From NCBI GenBank assembly GCA_963812605.1, contig CAWEWF010000006.1, forward strand, positions 352,001-416,000: a DNA stretch of 64,000 nt. The letters are read 5' to 3'. A model generated the notes under the pieces. That model worked only from the letters and a program-made list of their open reading frames with translations, searched no databases and was not told where the DNA came from. This DNA comes from an uncultured Verrucomicrobiae bacterium (GTDB taxonomy: Bacteria > Verrucomicrobiota > Verrucomicrobiia > Palsa-1439). Positions 1 through 10,155 of this stretch are shown here, piece by piece (the first letter of the stretch is position 1; each line of letters begins with the position of its first letter). The position numbers were made by a program, and so were the translations under genes.

Positions 1-101
1 TTATTGTCAGGGAGCCAACTTTCCAATACGCAAACACCGGCAGGATTGCCGCCAAAGGTCCGTTTGGTGAATGCGTTAACCTGATAGTAAGGAATTCGCA
101 T
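1..101 (-). CDS. PhzF-family isomerase, 5' part (runs off window)
   Basis: Hand translation MRIPYYQVNAFTKRTFGGNPAGVCVLESWLPDN matches the PhzF N-terminal xAFT..FxGNPAxV pattern; absent from the ORF track. Confidence 0.8.
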   Translation of the reverse strand, partial: MRIPYYQVNAFTKRTFGGNPAGVCVLESWLPDN

Positions 102-190
102 AACCCCACTGACGCTAGTGTGGATCCAAATGCGGCACGTTAACCACACGGGTCGCTGGAGTGGATTTGTCAGACATCTTCACAAGTCAA

Positions 191-643
191 TTAACTCTTC
201 GGTGGCCAAGCAACTCCATCCAACTCTTTCGGTAGCTGTTTTGGGTTCACCGGATATACCAGGTTCTGGTCGAGTGCTTCGCCGGTCTCCAACTCCTTCT
301 CGGGGGCACCGATGATAAGCCAGAGCACCTCAGTTTCTGTATCGTTGAACACCTGCCGCAAATGTTCCGGCCCCACGAGCACTCCCCCGTGCTTTGGGAC
401 GGTGAGAGTCTGGTCCCCGATTCGAATGCGCCCGACACCTTCGACCACAAAGTAAAATTCTTCCATCTTGGGATGCCTGTGGAGCGTGTTGGCGCTCTTT
501 GGTGGAAGCCGCCATAGTCTGGCTCCTAGAATCTCGCTCTTTGTTCGCTCAAGAAAATCCGCATTGGGGATTCTCATGATATTTGATGGCCTCCAGAAGA
601 GGTCTTCCGGCTTGATAAGAAAATAACCGTCTATTGGCTTCAT
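191..643 (-). CDS. Cupin-domain protein
   Basis: LHRHPKMEEFYFVVEGVG cupin motif 1. Confidence 0.85.
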   Translation of the reverse strand: MKPIDGYFLIKPEDLFWRPSNIMRIPNADFLERTKSEILGARLWRLPPKSANTLHRHPKMEEFYFVVEGVGRIRIGDQTLTVPKHGGVLVGPEHLRQVFNDTETEVLWLIIGAPEKELETGEALDQNLVYPVNPKQLPKELDGVAWPPKS

Positions 644-650
644 AAAGGTT

Positions 651-721
651 ACCTAACAAGTATTAGGGAACAAAAGTACCACCCGCCCCGGCTGCGCATT
701 GGCTCCAGTACGGTGTTAAAC
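651..721 (-). repeat. attC-like recombination site
   Basis: Minus strand GTTTAAC (RYYYAAC, overlapping the upstream gene's TAA) ... GTTAGGT (GTTRRRY), 71 bp, next ATG 8 bp later; inner pairing is imperfect. Confidence 0.5.
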
Positions 722-1021
722 GTTAGTGGTAACGATTGGTTCGTCATAATGCTCGACCGTCGGAAATGGGTCATAAAAGTGGTGCAGCAGCGTGCGCCAC
801 CGCTGATACTCGGCTGACCGGCGGAAGCCGACGGTGTGGTCTTCCAGTCGCCGCCACTCGACCAGCAAAACGTAACGGCTGGGGGTCTCAAGGCAGCGCC
901 TCAACTCATGTGAAAGATAGCCGGGCATGGAGGCGATGATGGGAGACGCTTTACGGAATGCCGCCTCGAATGTAGCGCACGTTCCTTCTCGGACGTTCAG
1001 GATAGCGACCTCAAGAATCAT
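716..1021 (-). CDS. Antibiotic biosynthesis monooxygenase (ABM) family protein
   Basis: MILEVAILNV...PGYLSHEL...YVLLVEW..LEDH..GFR.S. Confidence 0.9.
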   Translation of the reverse strand: MILEVAILNVREGTCATFEAAFRKASPIIASMPGYLSHELRRCLETPSRYVLLVEWRRLEDHTVGFRRSAEYQRWRTLLHHFYDPFPTVEHYDEPIVTTNV

Positions 1022-1091
1022 ATGCGCGAACGCCGCCTCCACCCGCGGACAACCGCCTTGTTCACGCTTCGCTCCCGTGACTGCTCAGCCT

Positions 1092-1511
1092 TCATTTTGC
1101 CCGTCCTTCGTCGAATTCATAATAATCGAATAGTGTTTGAATCTCACTTCGATCAGCAAAACCACTTGCTGCCTTGTATCGGTTTAATTCTTCCGTGTTG
1201 TCATCCTTCCAGCCTCGTTTCGTCATGAACGCATTCCAAATCAAAACTTCCTCGTCATTCGGTTTGCGCCCGTGAGCAAAACACCATTGAAGAATTTCCG
1301 TATCGGTGCCGCCTTGCTGAACGCGATGTTGAACGGCGGCATAAGTAACCCCTAGAAACCGACAACATCGTCCATCGAAGCCGATCCCCAGATTTTTGTG
1401 GTAATCCGTGGGAAGCTTCTCTTCGGCCTTCAGCCGAATTTTATCGAGCATGCGGGCAAAATAGACAATCCCTTCCACCTTGTCGTATGCGCTGCGAGGG
1501 TACTGATTCAT
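1092..1511 (-). CDS. DUF5069-like protein
   Basis: PRSAY..V.GIVYFARMLDKIRL...GFDGRCCRFLGV.Y; start moved to ATG 1511. Confidence 0.8.
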   Translation of the reverse strand: MNQYPRSAYDKVEGIVYFARMLDKIRLKAEEKLPTDYHKNLGIGFDGRCCRFLGVTYAAVQHRVQQGGTDTEILQWCFAHGRKPNDEEVLIWNAFMTKRGWKDDNTEELNRYKAASGFADRSEIQTLFDYYEFDEGRAK

Positions 1512-1518
1512 ATTTGTA

Positions 1519-1615
1519 GGTGAACAATTCTGGGACTGATTACACCCCTGATCGAACCGCGAGGAAAGCACAAAAGAAGAATCCCCGCTTTGGACGATTT
1601 GCGAACCTTGCGGTT
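1519..1615 (-). repeat. Intergenic repeat, copy A (about 97 bp, terminal hairpin plus GTTC box)
   Basis: Aligns by eye with 2905-3002 and partly with 3842-3897; AACCGCAAGG...CCTCGCGGTT inverted ends. Confidence 0.75.
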
Positions 1616-1726
1616 AGAGTTTTCAAGGGTTGGAACACTGAGATCGCGGTCGTTTCGCCAGACGCCGAAACTAAGCGATCACCGTCGGTGCCAAGACCGC
1701 TTCCGATGTACTCGCGCACCAGTCCG

Positions 1727-2779
1727 CTATTTGCCAGAGGGGCTTACGACCACGATCATGAACGAGCCGGGTTTTGGGGTTGGTCGAGATTGACCTTGCG
1801 ATGGGGGCCCAAACTCCGCTGTGGGAAGGTACAGCGTATGGGTCGTCGGATCGCTGCCCATGGTTCGCGCACCTAGTGGCGTCGGAACGGTCTGGACTAC
1901 CTGGAATTTGCCGGGCGCAGTCTCGTGGGCGACTGCAAGCGTACCGTCGCGGCAACTGGCAAAAGCGTCGCCGTCGAATTGCGTGGCGTCCACGCCGGCG
2001 CCAATCGGGAGATCGCCAAGGACTTTGCCATCATCCGCGCTCATGACGATCAGCTTCTGCGGTTTTCGACAACCGATGAACAGGCGGCGCTTCGCGCGAT
2101 CCATCGACATACCGACCGGCGAGCCGCCGGGGCTGGTGGGCCATTTGTTGATGACCTTCATCGTCTTGGTGTCCACCACCGCGACCTGATCCTTGTCTTC
2201 GAGGTTGATGTACGCCTTCCCCTGGCCGTCGGCGACGAGAAATTCAGGCTTGCCTCCAAGCTCAACCGCTGCGTCCGCTTTGCCCGTCTTGAGATCCACG
2301 TCCGCCGAGATGGGAATCAGTACACCGGCGTCCCCGCAGACGACCAGCACCTTGCCACTGGCCGGGTCGTAGATGACCCCGTCAGCGTCGTCCGCCGCCT
2401 TGACCTTGCCGAGCACCGCGTAAGTTTTCAGGTCGAAGACGGTGACCGAGGCATCCTCACCGTCGGTAATGAACCCACGACCGGCGCTGGCGACGATGGC
2501 CACACCGTGGTTGCGCTTCTGGCCGGGGATGTCGGCAACGGCCTTGCCCGTGGCGGCGTCAAGAACCATCGTGTGCGTCGAGCGCGGAACGTAGAGAAGC
2601 TTTTGCTCGGGATCAACGGTCAGGTAGTCCCAGCCACCTTCGCCTCCGACATGAAAGGTCTGGGAGACGTGATAAGGGCCCGTGTCGTTTGGTGGCGACG
2701 CGGGAGATTGCGCGCGAGCAAACGACGCGACCAGGACTGCCAGTGATAGTGGGAAAAGAGTGTACGTGATCTTGCTCAT
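1727..2779 (-). CDS. Secreted YncE/YVTN-type beta-propeller protein
   Basis: Signal peptide; GGEGGWDYLTVD, HGVAI, GKPEF, GARTM..DP repeats. Confidence 0.85.
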   Translation of the reverse strand: MSKITYTLFPLSLAVLVASFARAQSPASPPNDTGPYHVSQTFHVGGEGGWDYLTVDPEQKLLYVPRSTHTMVLDAATGKAVADIPGQKRNHGVAIVASAGRGFITDGEDASVTVFDLKTYAVLGKVKAADDADGVIYDPASGKVLVVCGDAGVLIPISADVDLKTGKADAAVELGGKPEFLVADGQGKAYINLEDKDQVAVVDTKTMKVINKWPTSPGGSPVGMSMDRAKRRLFIGCRKPQKLIVMSADDGKVLGDLPIGAGVDATQFDGDAFASCRDGTLAVAHETAPGKFQVVQTVPTPLGARTMGSDPTTHTLYLPTAEFGPPSQGQSRPTPKPGSFMIVVVSPSGK

Positions 2780-2904
2780 AAGACCTCCAGTTGATTGAGT
2801 TTCGTCGTTCCCGCGTGGTTGCCGTAGCCTATAGAAATACACTTAGACGCCGCGGAACAGAGTGCTCGAATACAAACGCGATTACAAGGGCATATTTTCT
2901 CCGC

Positions 2905-3002
2905 ACCGAACAACCATGTGAACCGCATTTCACCTCTGGTGGAACCGCGAGGAAAGCATAAAGAGGAGTCCCCGCTTCGGACGGTTTGCGAGCCTTGCGG
3001 TT
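2905..3002 (-). repeat. Intergenic repeat, copy B
   Basis: gaaccgcgaggaaagca...tccccgcttcggacggtttgcgagccttgcggtt, near-identical core to copy A. Confidence 0.75.
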
Positions 3003-3019
3003 TCAGATTCTAAGAGGGA

Positions 3020-3744
3020 TCATGAGGAGCGGCGACGCAAACGACTACTACCGAAGAGAACACCAGCGCCGCATAAGGCCAACGCCCAAGTCGAAGGTTC
3101 GGGGACCTGCACGGCTCCGGGAGCGGCTGGACAAGGAACGTGACGTCATGCGGTCCTGCGGTCCATCCTCCAAAGTCCAGGTACGAGTAGAGATTAAAAT
3201 CGAACCCAATCACGCTAATGGTGGCCGAGGTAACCGCGATTGTGGAAACAACAGACGGGGGAAAGTCGCCGGTTAGACTCGTAAGCGCTGGGTGAGATGC
3301 ATACGGGTAGCTGTTGAACGGTCCGATTACTGACGCGGCCTCCATCCACTGGGTCGCCGAACTGGAGCCGTCAACTGAAACTAGGGTGAATTGGAGGTCA
3401 AAATTCGAATACGCGCTCACATTGATGCCAGCCAACGTTCCCGCTCCATAGGTCTTGTCCGAAACTCGATATAAGAAAGCGTCGGGTGCATTCGTGCTGA
3501 CGAAGTGAACGTTAAATAGCACGCCTGTCCCGGGGATGTCTTGTTCCGACAAAATGCTTGGTGGGAACGGCTGGACTTCCTCGTTGCTCATGTTGTAATC
3601 GAGCGACATGATCGCCGAGTCGGACAGAGTGAAATCCGCCGCCTTCACCGGGGACGCCGTGATCAGTAGGCTGCCGAGCGCGAGTAGGCTGAGAGGGAAG
3701 GATGTAATTGGAAGACCCCGGTGTAGTTTCCGTCCTATCCTCAT
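3020..3744 (-). CDS. PEP-CTERM sorted surface protein (frameshift near 3125)
   Basis: Signal peptide ending VKA; the alternate frame ends VQVPEPSTWALALCGAGVLFGSSRLRRRSS*, a typical PEP-CTERM tail. Confidence 0.8.
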
Positions 3745-3841
3745 CGCTCAACTCCTAGCCGCTACCAAACGGGATCACTTCCTAAGTATGAGGGGAAGAG
3801 ATCGGCCACGCAAGCCAATTGTTCTCAGAAGAAACGGGCGG

Positions 3842-3897
3842 GAACCCCCAGAAAACAATTGGTTCCCCGCTTTGGACGGTTTACGAACCTTGTGGTT
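3842..3897 (-). repeat. Intergenic repeat, partial copy C
   Basis: tccccgctttggacggtttacgaaccttgtggtt matches copies A and B. Confidence 0.7.
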
Positions 3898-3918
3898 TGA
3901 ACTTCCTAGGACTCCATA

Positions 3919-4281
3919 TCAATCGTGCGGGAAAGACTGTGCCTTGTCCGACGGCGGCAATTCTTCGGCCGCAGAGAGATGATGCGTCGGAGACGGAGTC
4001 AAAGGTGATGGCTTGCCGGCATCCGGTGGTCGTGAACCTGGGCTGCCGCCGCCAGTACCGCCGCCGAGTGCCGGCTGAGGTCGTGCGGCATCGGCTCGCC
4101 GAAAAAGCAGGATGCGCCAAATGGCGAAAGCCTGCGCGGCGAAAAGGGCGGCAAGACAAAGACCCTCAACTCGGAGGGAGACCGTCCCAGGCTGAACGGC
4201 GAGAGAAATGCCCAACGCGGATATCGCACACAGCGCCGCGAACATCGGGATGCCGAGAAGAAATCTGAAAAATAGCGCCAT
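3919..4281 (-). CDS. Hypothetical membrane protein, 2 TM plus Pro/Gly-rich tail
   Basis: MALFFRFLLGIPMFAALC... two hydrophobic segments. Confidence 0.55.
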   Translation of the reverse strand: MALFFRFLLGIPMFAALCAISALGISLAVQPGTVSLRVEGLCLAALFAAQAFAIWRILLFRRADAARPQPALGGGTGGGSPGSRPPDAGKPSPLTPSPTHHLSAAEELPPSDKAQSFPHD

Positions 4282-4448
4282 TATCCACTCCAGCCTATCA
4301 GTAGCCTTGGAGGCTCTTCGTCCAAGTACGCGATGCGATTGGCTCGAGCCACCATTACTTCGGTTTGAACTGTCGCGACGGTTTTCGCGTTGGCTGGGTG
4401 TTCGGCAAAGGCAAGTTGGACAAGGATGTTGCAGTCCAAGCCGATCAT
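4281..4448 (-). pseudogene. Truncated PIN/VapC toxin (55 aa)
   Basis: MIGLDCNILVQLAFAEHPANAKT.. has the PIN LDxNIL start; ATGA-coupled to the antitoxin; stops after 55 aa. Confidence 0.65.
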
Positions 4449-4684
4449 GGCTCGCCGAACATTTCCTCTGCCAGTTCCCCCTGTGAGATGGCGGGGGCCA
4501 AGACTTGATGGCCTTTAAGCGAGCGGATGCGCAAAGCCGCGCCATTCCCCGCTTCGATTGCGTGAGCGGATACAATCCTCGCAACGGGCTTGTCGCCTTG
4601 CGTGAGCAAGACCTCGTTTCCCGCCTGCACCTGTTTCACCAGGTCGGCGAGGTGGGCAGTTCCGACTTCTTTGATCACGGTCAC
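4445..4684 (-). CDS. Phd/YefM-family antitoxin
   Basis: AHLADLVKQVQAGNEVLLTQGDKPVARIV. Confidence 0.85.
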   Translation of the reverse strand: MTVIKEVGTAHLADLVKQVQAGNEVLLTQGDKPVARIVSAHAIEAGNGAALRIRSLKGHQVLAPAISQGELAEEMFGEP

Positions 4685-4898
4685 GGGGTAACAATACAGC
4701 TTTTCCTGCCGGTAGTCGAGAGCCGTTTAACGTGGGTATTCAGACTCCGCTTTCATTTCAGGATGGGAGCATCATTTAATAGCTTAACGTTCGCCGCGTG
4801 GGGGCACGCGGCCTACAACAAGACGGCTGGGAGTTTGTGCAAGGCGAGCGGATTTCGCAAGCGCAGATGAGCAAGATTTGTTAGCATTATAAGCGCAC

Positions 4899-7250
4899 AT
4901 GGCGAGGCCCAGCAATGAACCATTGGAGACTGTCGAGGGGACGCTCGAACGGATTATTTATTCCAACGAGGAGAATCTTTATACGGTTGCGCAGCTTTTG
5001 CCGGAGAGCGGGGGGCGGCGCGCTGAACCGGTCATCATCGTTGGCAATCTGGCGGCGCTCAATGTGGGGGAGACCTTGCGCGTGCAGGGGCGCTGGACAA
5101 ACCATAAACAATTCGGGCGACAATTTGCCGTCGAGCGGTTCGAGTCGGTGCTGCCGCGCACGATTGTCGGCATCAAGCGATACCTCGGCAGCGGCCTGAT
5201 CAAGGGCATCGGCGACGCGTTTGCCGACCGCATCGTGGATAAATTCGGCGAGCAGACGCTGGAAGTGATCGATTCGTTTTCGGCGCGGCTCCGCGAAGTG
5301 GAAGGCATCGGCCCCGAGCGGGCCAAGCGCATCAAGGAAGCGTGGGCGGCGCAGAAGAGCGTGCGCGATATCATGATTTTTCTGCAAGGCCACGGCATCG
5401 GCAGCGCGCACGCCGCAAAGATTTTCAAGGAATACGGTGAGAGCGCCATTGAGGTGGTCCGCGAAAACCCGTATCGCCTCGCGAAAGACATTTCCGGGAT
5501 CGGCTTCCGCACGGCGGACGGGATTGCCGCGAAGGTGGGCATCGAAAAGGATTCCATCCATCGGCTGAAAGCGGGAGTGGTCCATACCTTGGTCCGCGCG
5601 ACGGATGAGGGTCACACTTGTCTGCCGCGCGAGCGGCTGATTGAACACGCGCGGGAATTGCTCGATGTCGAGGTGGCGCCGATGGAGAACGCGATCAACC
5701 TGCTGGCGCTCGGCGGCAACGTCATCGTCGAGGACGACTACGTTTACTTGACCGGGCTCTACAAATCCGAGCGCGGCGTCGCGGGCAAGATCCAGGAAGT
5801 ATGTGCCGCGCCGCTCACGCTTCCGGCCATCGACATCGACAAGGCGCTGGTTTGGGTGCAGCAGAAAACCGACGTGGAACTTGCCGCTGCACAACGTAAC
5901 GCGATCAGGACCGCGCTCACGTCGAAAATTTCCGTCATTACCGGCGGCCCGGGCGTCGGCAAGACCACGATCGTCAACAGCATCGTCAAAATCCTCCAGG
6001 CCAAGAAGAGCAAGGTGTTGCTGGCCGCGCCCACGGGGCGGGCCGCCAAGCGAATGAGCGAAGCGACGGGCGCGGCGGCGCAGACGATCCACCGCCTGCT
6101 CAAGTACGAGCCGCGCGAGGGCGGCTTCACGCACAACGAGCGGCGTCCGCTTCAGGGCGACATGATCATCATCGACGAAACGTCGATGCTCGACATTCCC
6201 CTCGCCTATCACCTCTTGAAAGCGGTCCCGCTCACGGCGTCGGTCGTGTTTGTCGGCGATGTGGACCAGTTGCCGTCCGTGGGCCCGGGGAATTTCCTGC
6301 GCGATCTCATCGATTCCGACCGGATTCCCGTCGTGCGGTTGACGGAGATTTTCCGCCAGGCGAAGAATAGTTTCATCATCACGAACGCCCATCTCGTGAA
6401 TGAAGGGCAGATGCCGGTTCTTGACGCGGCCGAGGAGAGCGACTTCTTTTTCATCGCCGAGGAAGACCCGGAGAAGGTGTTGGCGACCATCAAGACGCTT
6501 TGCAGCGAGCGCGTGCCGAAGAAATTTGGGTTCGACCCGATGCGCGATGTCCAGGTGCTCACGCCGATGCACAAGGGAGTGTGCGGCTCGGAGAATTTGA
6601 ATCGGGAATTGCAGGCCACGCTGAACCCCAGCGGGCCGAATGTCCAGCGCCTTGGCCGCACGTACCGGGTTGGCGACCGCGTGATGCAGGTGCGCAACAA
6701 TTACGACAAGGATGTGTTCAATGGCGATCTTGGCCGCGTGAAACACCTCGACCTGATCGAACAGCAGGTAATTGTCCAGATCGATGACCGGGATGTCCCC
6801 TATGAATTCACCGACATGGATGAACTGCTGCCGGCCTACGCCATCAGCGTCCACAAATCGCAGGGCAACGAGTATCCGTGCGTCATCGTGCCGCTGTTGA
6901 CGCAGCATTTCATCCTGCTGCAGCGCAACCTGCTTTACACCGCCATCACGCGCGGCAAGAAACTGGTTATCCTTGTCGGCTCGAAGAAGGCGCTGGCGAT
7001 TGCGATCCGCAACAACAAGACGGCGGCGCGCTTCAGCCGCCTGCGGGAACGACTGCAGGGCCTCGCCGATCGGAGGGCGCATCTTGATACAGTCCCGCGA
7101 GCGCGAAGTCATGCCAAGGGACGCCGACTCAGAGAGTCGGCCTACAATCACCTGGTCGCGAGTAAATTTGACTGGCCGAGTCGCGGCGGCGTGGCATATT
7201 CCCACCGGCTTCTGGTTCACCGCGTCAAGGAGCGGTGTGGTTGCGCGGCA
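4899..7250 (+). CDS. recD2: RecD2-like SF1B helicase (true 3' end uncertain)
   Basis: TGGPGVGKTT, APTGRAAKR, IIDETSM, VGDVDQLPSVG, AISVHKSQG, N-terminal HhH; homology ends near 7060 but no in-frame stop until 7394. Confidence 0.9.
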
Positions 7251-7903
7251 ATGAAACAAAAGGTATCAGCAGTTTTTGAGCGCGACGGGGGGTTCACGTT
7301 GATTGAACTGCTCGTCGTGATCGCCATCATCGGAATCCTGGCCGGACTCCTGTTACCGGTGCTGGACAGGCGAAGCAAGCGGCGCTGCGGGTGAAATGCA
7401 TCGACCACGAGCGGCAATTGTTTCTCGCGGCACGGATGTTTGCGGACGACCATGACGGGTGGCTGCCCGCGCGCGGGCTGGGAGGGGACGATCGTTGGCC
7501 GGCGGCGTTTCGTCCGTATGTGGGTGGCAATACCGGTATTTATTATTGCCCGGCGTCGCATGACGTGGCCGAGCAAACCGCCGATCCCTACTCCAACACC
7601 CACAACAACACCGCCTACATCATCAACGGCTTCAACGACATTATTCCCTACAACACGCCCAACTCGGTTTTATTGGACAGCTTGCCCCACCCCAGCGAGA
7701 CAATTTTGTTCGGTGAAGAACTGGACGGGAACGGCGAATTTTACATGGACCTGGTTGAGAACAACCAGAACACGATCCTCGATTATACGCGGCACAATAA
7801 CGGCGCGTGCTACGCGTTTGCCGACGGCCACGGCGAATGGATCGCCAGTCCGCGGACGGTGACGGAAAATATGTGGTTGGTGAACAAACCGTCGCCGTCG
7901 TGA
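7251..7903 (+). CDS. Prepilin-type protein with H-X9-DG motif (frameshift near 7370)
   Basis: GFTLIELLVVIAIIGILAGLLLP then KC....RQL; C-terminal RHNNGACYAFADGH. Confidence 0.85.
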
Positions 7904-7911
7904 TGTACGGC

Positions 7912-7935
7912 CACAGGCAGGGACGCCTGTGCCAC
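7912..7935 (-). repeat. GTGG-palindrome REP-like 24-mer
   Basis: cacaggcagggacgcctgtgccac, identical at 11590-11613 and 16285-16308. Confidence 0.85.
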
Positions 7936-7952
7936 TGCTCACAAGGGGAGTT

Positions 7953-8948
7953 CTAGTTGCCGCCCGGCTCGCTCTTCTTTTCCTTCTCGTCCTTGCGCTC
8001 TTGTTTCTCGTCTTTGCGAGACTCGTCGTGTGGCGGCTGTTTTTCCGTGGGTTGTGGAGCGACGCGCGGTTTTTCGGCGACCGGCGATTCGTGCGGTTTC
8101 TCGGATTGCTTCTTTTCCGTTACACCTGTCGGCTCGGACGATTGTTTTGGAGCTTCACGGAAGTTTTCCGCGTCGTGTTTCGGGGCCTTCTCTTCATTGC
8201 CCGGTTGACGAGTCTCCTCGTCGCGCGGCTTTACGTTCTTCGGGGACGTCTCGCGGAATTGATCCGCGTTACGATGATCGACTGCAACACGCGGCGGCGG
8301 GACGGTCAATTTGCGCGAGCTGACTTTCTCGATCACATCGACTCTCGGGCCGTTATTGACCACGACGTTGTTGACGCGGGTGATCTTCGTGATGTTGACG
8401 GTTTTGTTGATGATCGTGACATTGTTCACGATCACGGCGCGGCGATGGATCGGCTCCGCAAAATGGCCGACTTCGACAAACACGAAAGCGCGCGGCGGCA
8501 ACGCGGCTTCCCGCACGACCACGTAACCCTCCGGGCCAAAAACGGCGGCGGGTGGCAGCGGCGCCCAGCCGACGTATCCATCGCCTTCGCGCCAGGACAC
8601 CCATGATGGAGCCCACTCCGTGCCGGGCACCCAAACCCAGCCGTAATAAGGATCGTCAACCCAGCGTCCATAGTGATAGGTGGCCCAGGCCCATTGTTCG
8701 TCGCTGACCCAATACCAGCCGCCATCCGTCCAGAGCCAGTATCCTTCGCAGTACGGACGCCAATCCGACGACACGTACGCAGGCCGCCAGCATTGTCCGT
8801 AACCCGGCCGGTCAACCCAGCTACCGCATTGCCCCAAGGGGGCGCTAAATACGCTCACCGAAAAACTCACGCCGGCGACCGACTGGTTGACCGCCAGCGA
8901 CGAAAGTCCCACCACTGCGCAGAGCACGCTCAACAATCGTATTTTCAT
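7953..8948 (-). CDS. Secreted Trp/Pro-rich DUF6600-like protein
   Basis: Signal peptide; WRPY..GYW.WTD.GWYWVSDE.WAWATYHYGRW, WVPGTEWAPSWVSWR, GWAPLPP. Confidence 0.8.
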   Translation of the reverse strand: MKIRLLSVLCAVVGLSSLAVNQSVAGVSFSVSVFSAPLGQCGSWVDRPGYGQCWRPAYVSSDWRPYCEGYWLWTDGGWYWVSDEQWAWATYHYGRWVDDPYYGWVWVPGTEWAPSWVSWREGDGYVGWAPLPPAAVFGPEGYVVVREAALPPRAFVFVEVGHFAEPIHRRAVIVNNVTIINKTVNITKITRVNNVVVNNGPRVDVIEKVSSRKLTVPPPRVAVDHRNADQFRETSPKNVKPRDEETRQPGNEEKAPKHDAENFREAPKQSSEPTGVTEKKQSEKPHESPVAEKPRVAPQPTEKQPPHDESRKDEKQERKDEKEKKSEPGGN

Positions 8949-9003
8949 TTTGGCAAAAGCCTTTCCCATGTCTTCGGATACGTTGACGATGGACATCCCG
9001 TTA

Positions 9004-9894
9004 TTATTCAACACCGCTCTTATCCGCGCGGACGATGGCTCCCATTGCCTGCGATTGGCCGGGCGCGATGGTGACGGCATTCTGGCGGACATTGCAGGTT
9101 TCGATGCAGAGCATGGATGGCCATTCGTCGTCGCCGAAATCCGGCATCGCCTTGGCTTTGGCAATCCACGGGTTCCACACCACGGTCGCATTCGAGCCGG
9201 TTTTCTCCACCACCAGCCGGCGCTGCCAAGCGGGATCATGGGCCACGCAAGTGGCCTGTGTGCCCAGATAAACGCGATCCGTCTCGGCGATGATGGGAAT
9301 GGGAGCGGCGCCTTCGGTTTCCGTGCGCGGGGTGCCGACAGCCGTAAAATAAGACGCGCCCGCCAATCCTTCAATGCTCACTTGCCGCGCATCGCCGACC
9401 GCCAGATACGTGTGCAGCGCTTCCTCAATGCGGAGCGGCTGGTTGCCCGTGTTTTTCACACGTAGTTCCAAGCCAAGCGTCGTGCTGATTCGCACCCGAT
9501 ACTCCACTTCAAATTCCCCGGGCCACAACGCACGCGTCGCATCGCTGGATACCAAACGCAACCGAACCTCCACGATCCCATCGCTTGCTTGCTCCGCGGA
9601 AACCAGTTCCCATTCCATCAAGCGCGCGAATCCGTGAGCCGGGCCAGGCTGCCCGTCCTGTCGCGCACCGAACCAGGGAAAACAGATCGGCACGCCGCCG
9701 CGGATCGGTTTGCCCGGTTCAAACCAACTCTTTCCGCTCATGAACAGCACCGGTTTCTGTCCGCGCGGCTGGAAATGCGTCACGTGGGCGCCGTGCAGAT
9801 AGATTTCCGCGTCGGCCTGCGGCGTCCGAATTGCCAGGCGCCGCAACCCGCCTTGTCCTTCTTCCATTCGAACGCTATCCGGTAGTTTTTGCAT
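9004..9894 (-). CDS. D-hexose-6-phosphate mutarotase (aldose epimerase family, YeaD-like)
   Basis: GKPIRGGVPICFPWF, HGFAR, ALHTYL, VVWNPW, MLCIE. Confidence 0.92.
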   Translation of the reverse strand: MQKLPDSVRMEEGQGGLRRLAIRTPQADAEIYLHGAHVTHFQPRGQKPVLFMSGKSWFEPGKPIRGGVPICFPWFGARQDGQPGPAHGFARLMEWELVSAEQASDGIVEVRLRLVSSDATRALWPGEFEVEYRVRISTTLGLELRVKNTGNQPLRIEEALHTYLAVGDARQVSIEGLAGASYFTAVGTPRTETEGAAPIPIIAETDRVYLGTQATCVAHDPAWQRRLVVEKTGSNATVVWNPWIAKAKAMPDFGDDEWPSMLCIETCNVRQNAVTIAPGQSQAMGAIVRADKSGVE

Positions 9895-9981
9895 CGCGAT
9901 ATGCTACTCAGCCCAGCCGACGCTGCCAATGTTTTTCCCCGGTTCGATCCTTGGTGGCGAGGCAGGTGGGGCGCCATGACC

Positions 9982-10052
9982 GTAGTGGCGCGGGCGTCTC
10001 GCCCGTTATTTTGAAAGCCAGCAACCAGGCGGGCGAGACGCCCGCCCCACTA
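9982..10052. repeat. REP doublet (inverted pair, REPIN/BIME-like)
   Basis: gtagtggcgcgggcgtctcgcccg ... gcgggcgagacgcccgccccacta. Confidence 0.75.
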
Positions 10053-10155
10053 TTGCAGCACTCGATTTTGGTGGCAGCAGCAAGATGCACTCATCCGTGC
10101 GGCGTCCGTCAATCCCTCCATTGCCTTTCGCGCGCGCGCCGGGTAGGCTGTGGGT

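Noticed and set aside
4887-7259. Long antisense ORFs (also 35684-38131 upstream part, 40645-42426, 48671-49852, 53843-55300)
   Set aside because: Stop-poor shadows of GC-rich genes with no recognisable motifs
4899-7394. Apparent RecD2-prepilin fusion ORF
   Set aside because: The linker looks non-coding and the pilin has its own ATG at 7251; a prepilin leader must be N-terminal, and a lost stop through an indel is likely in this assembly
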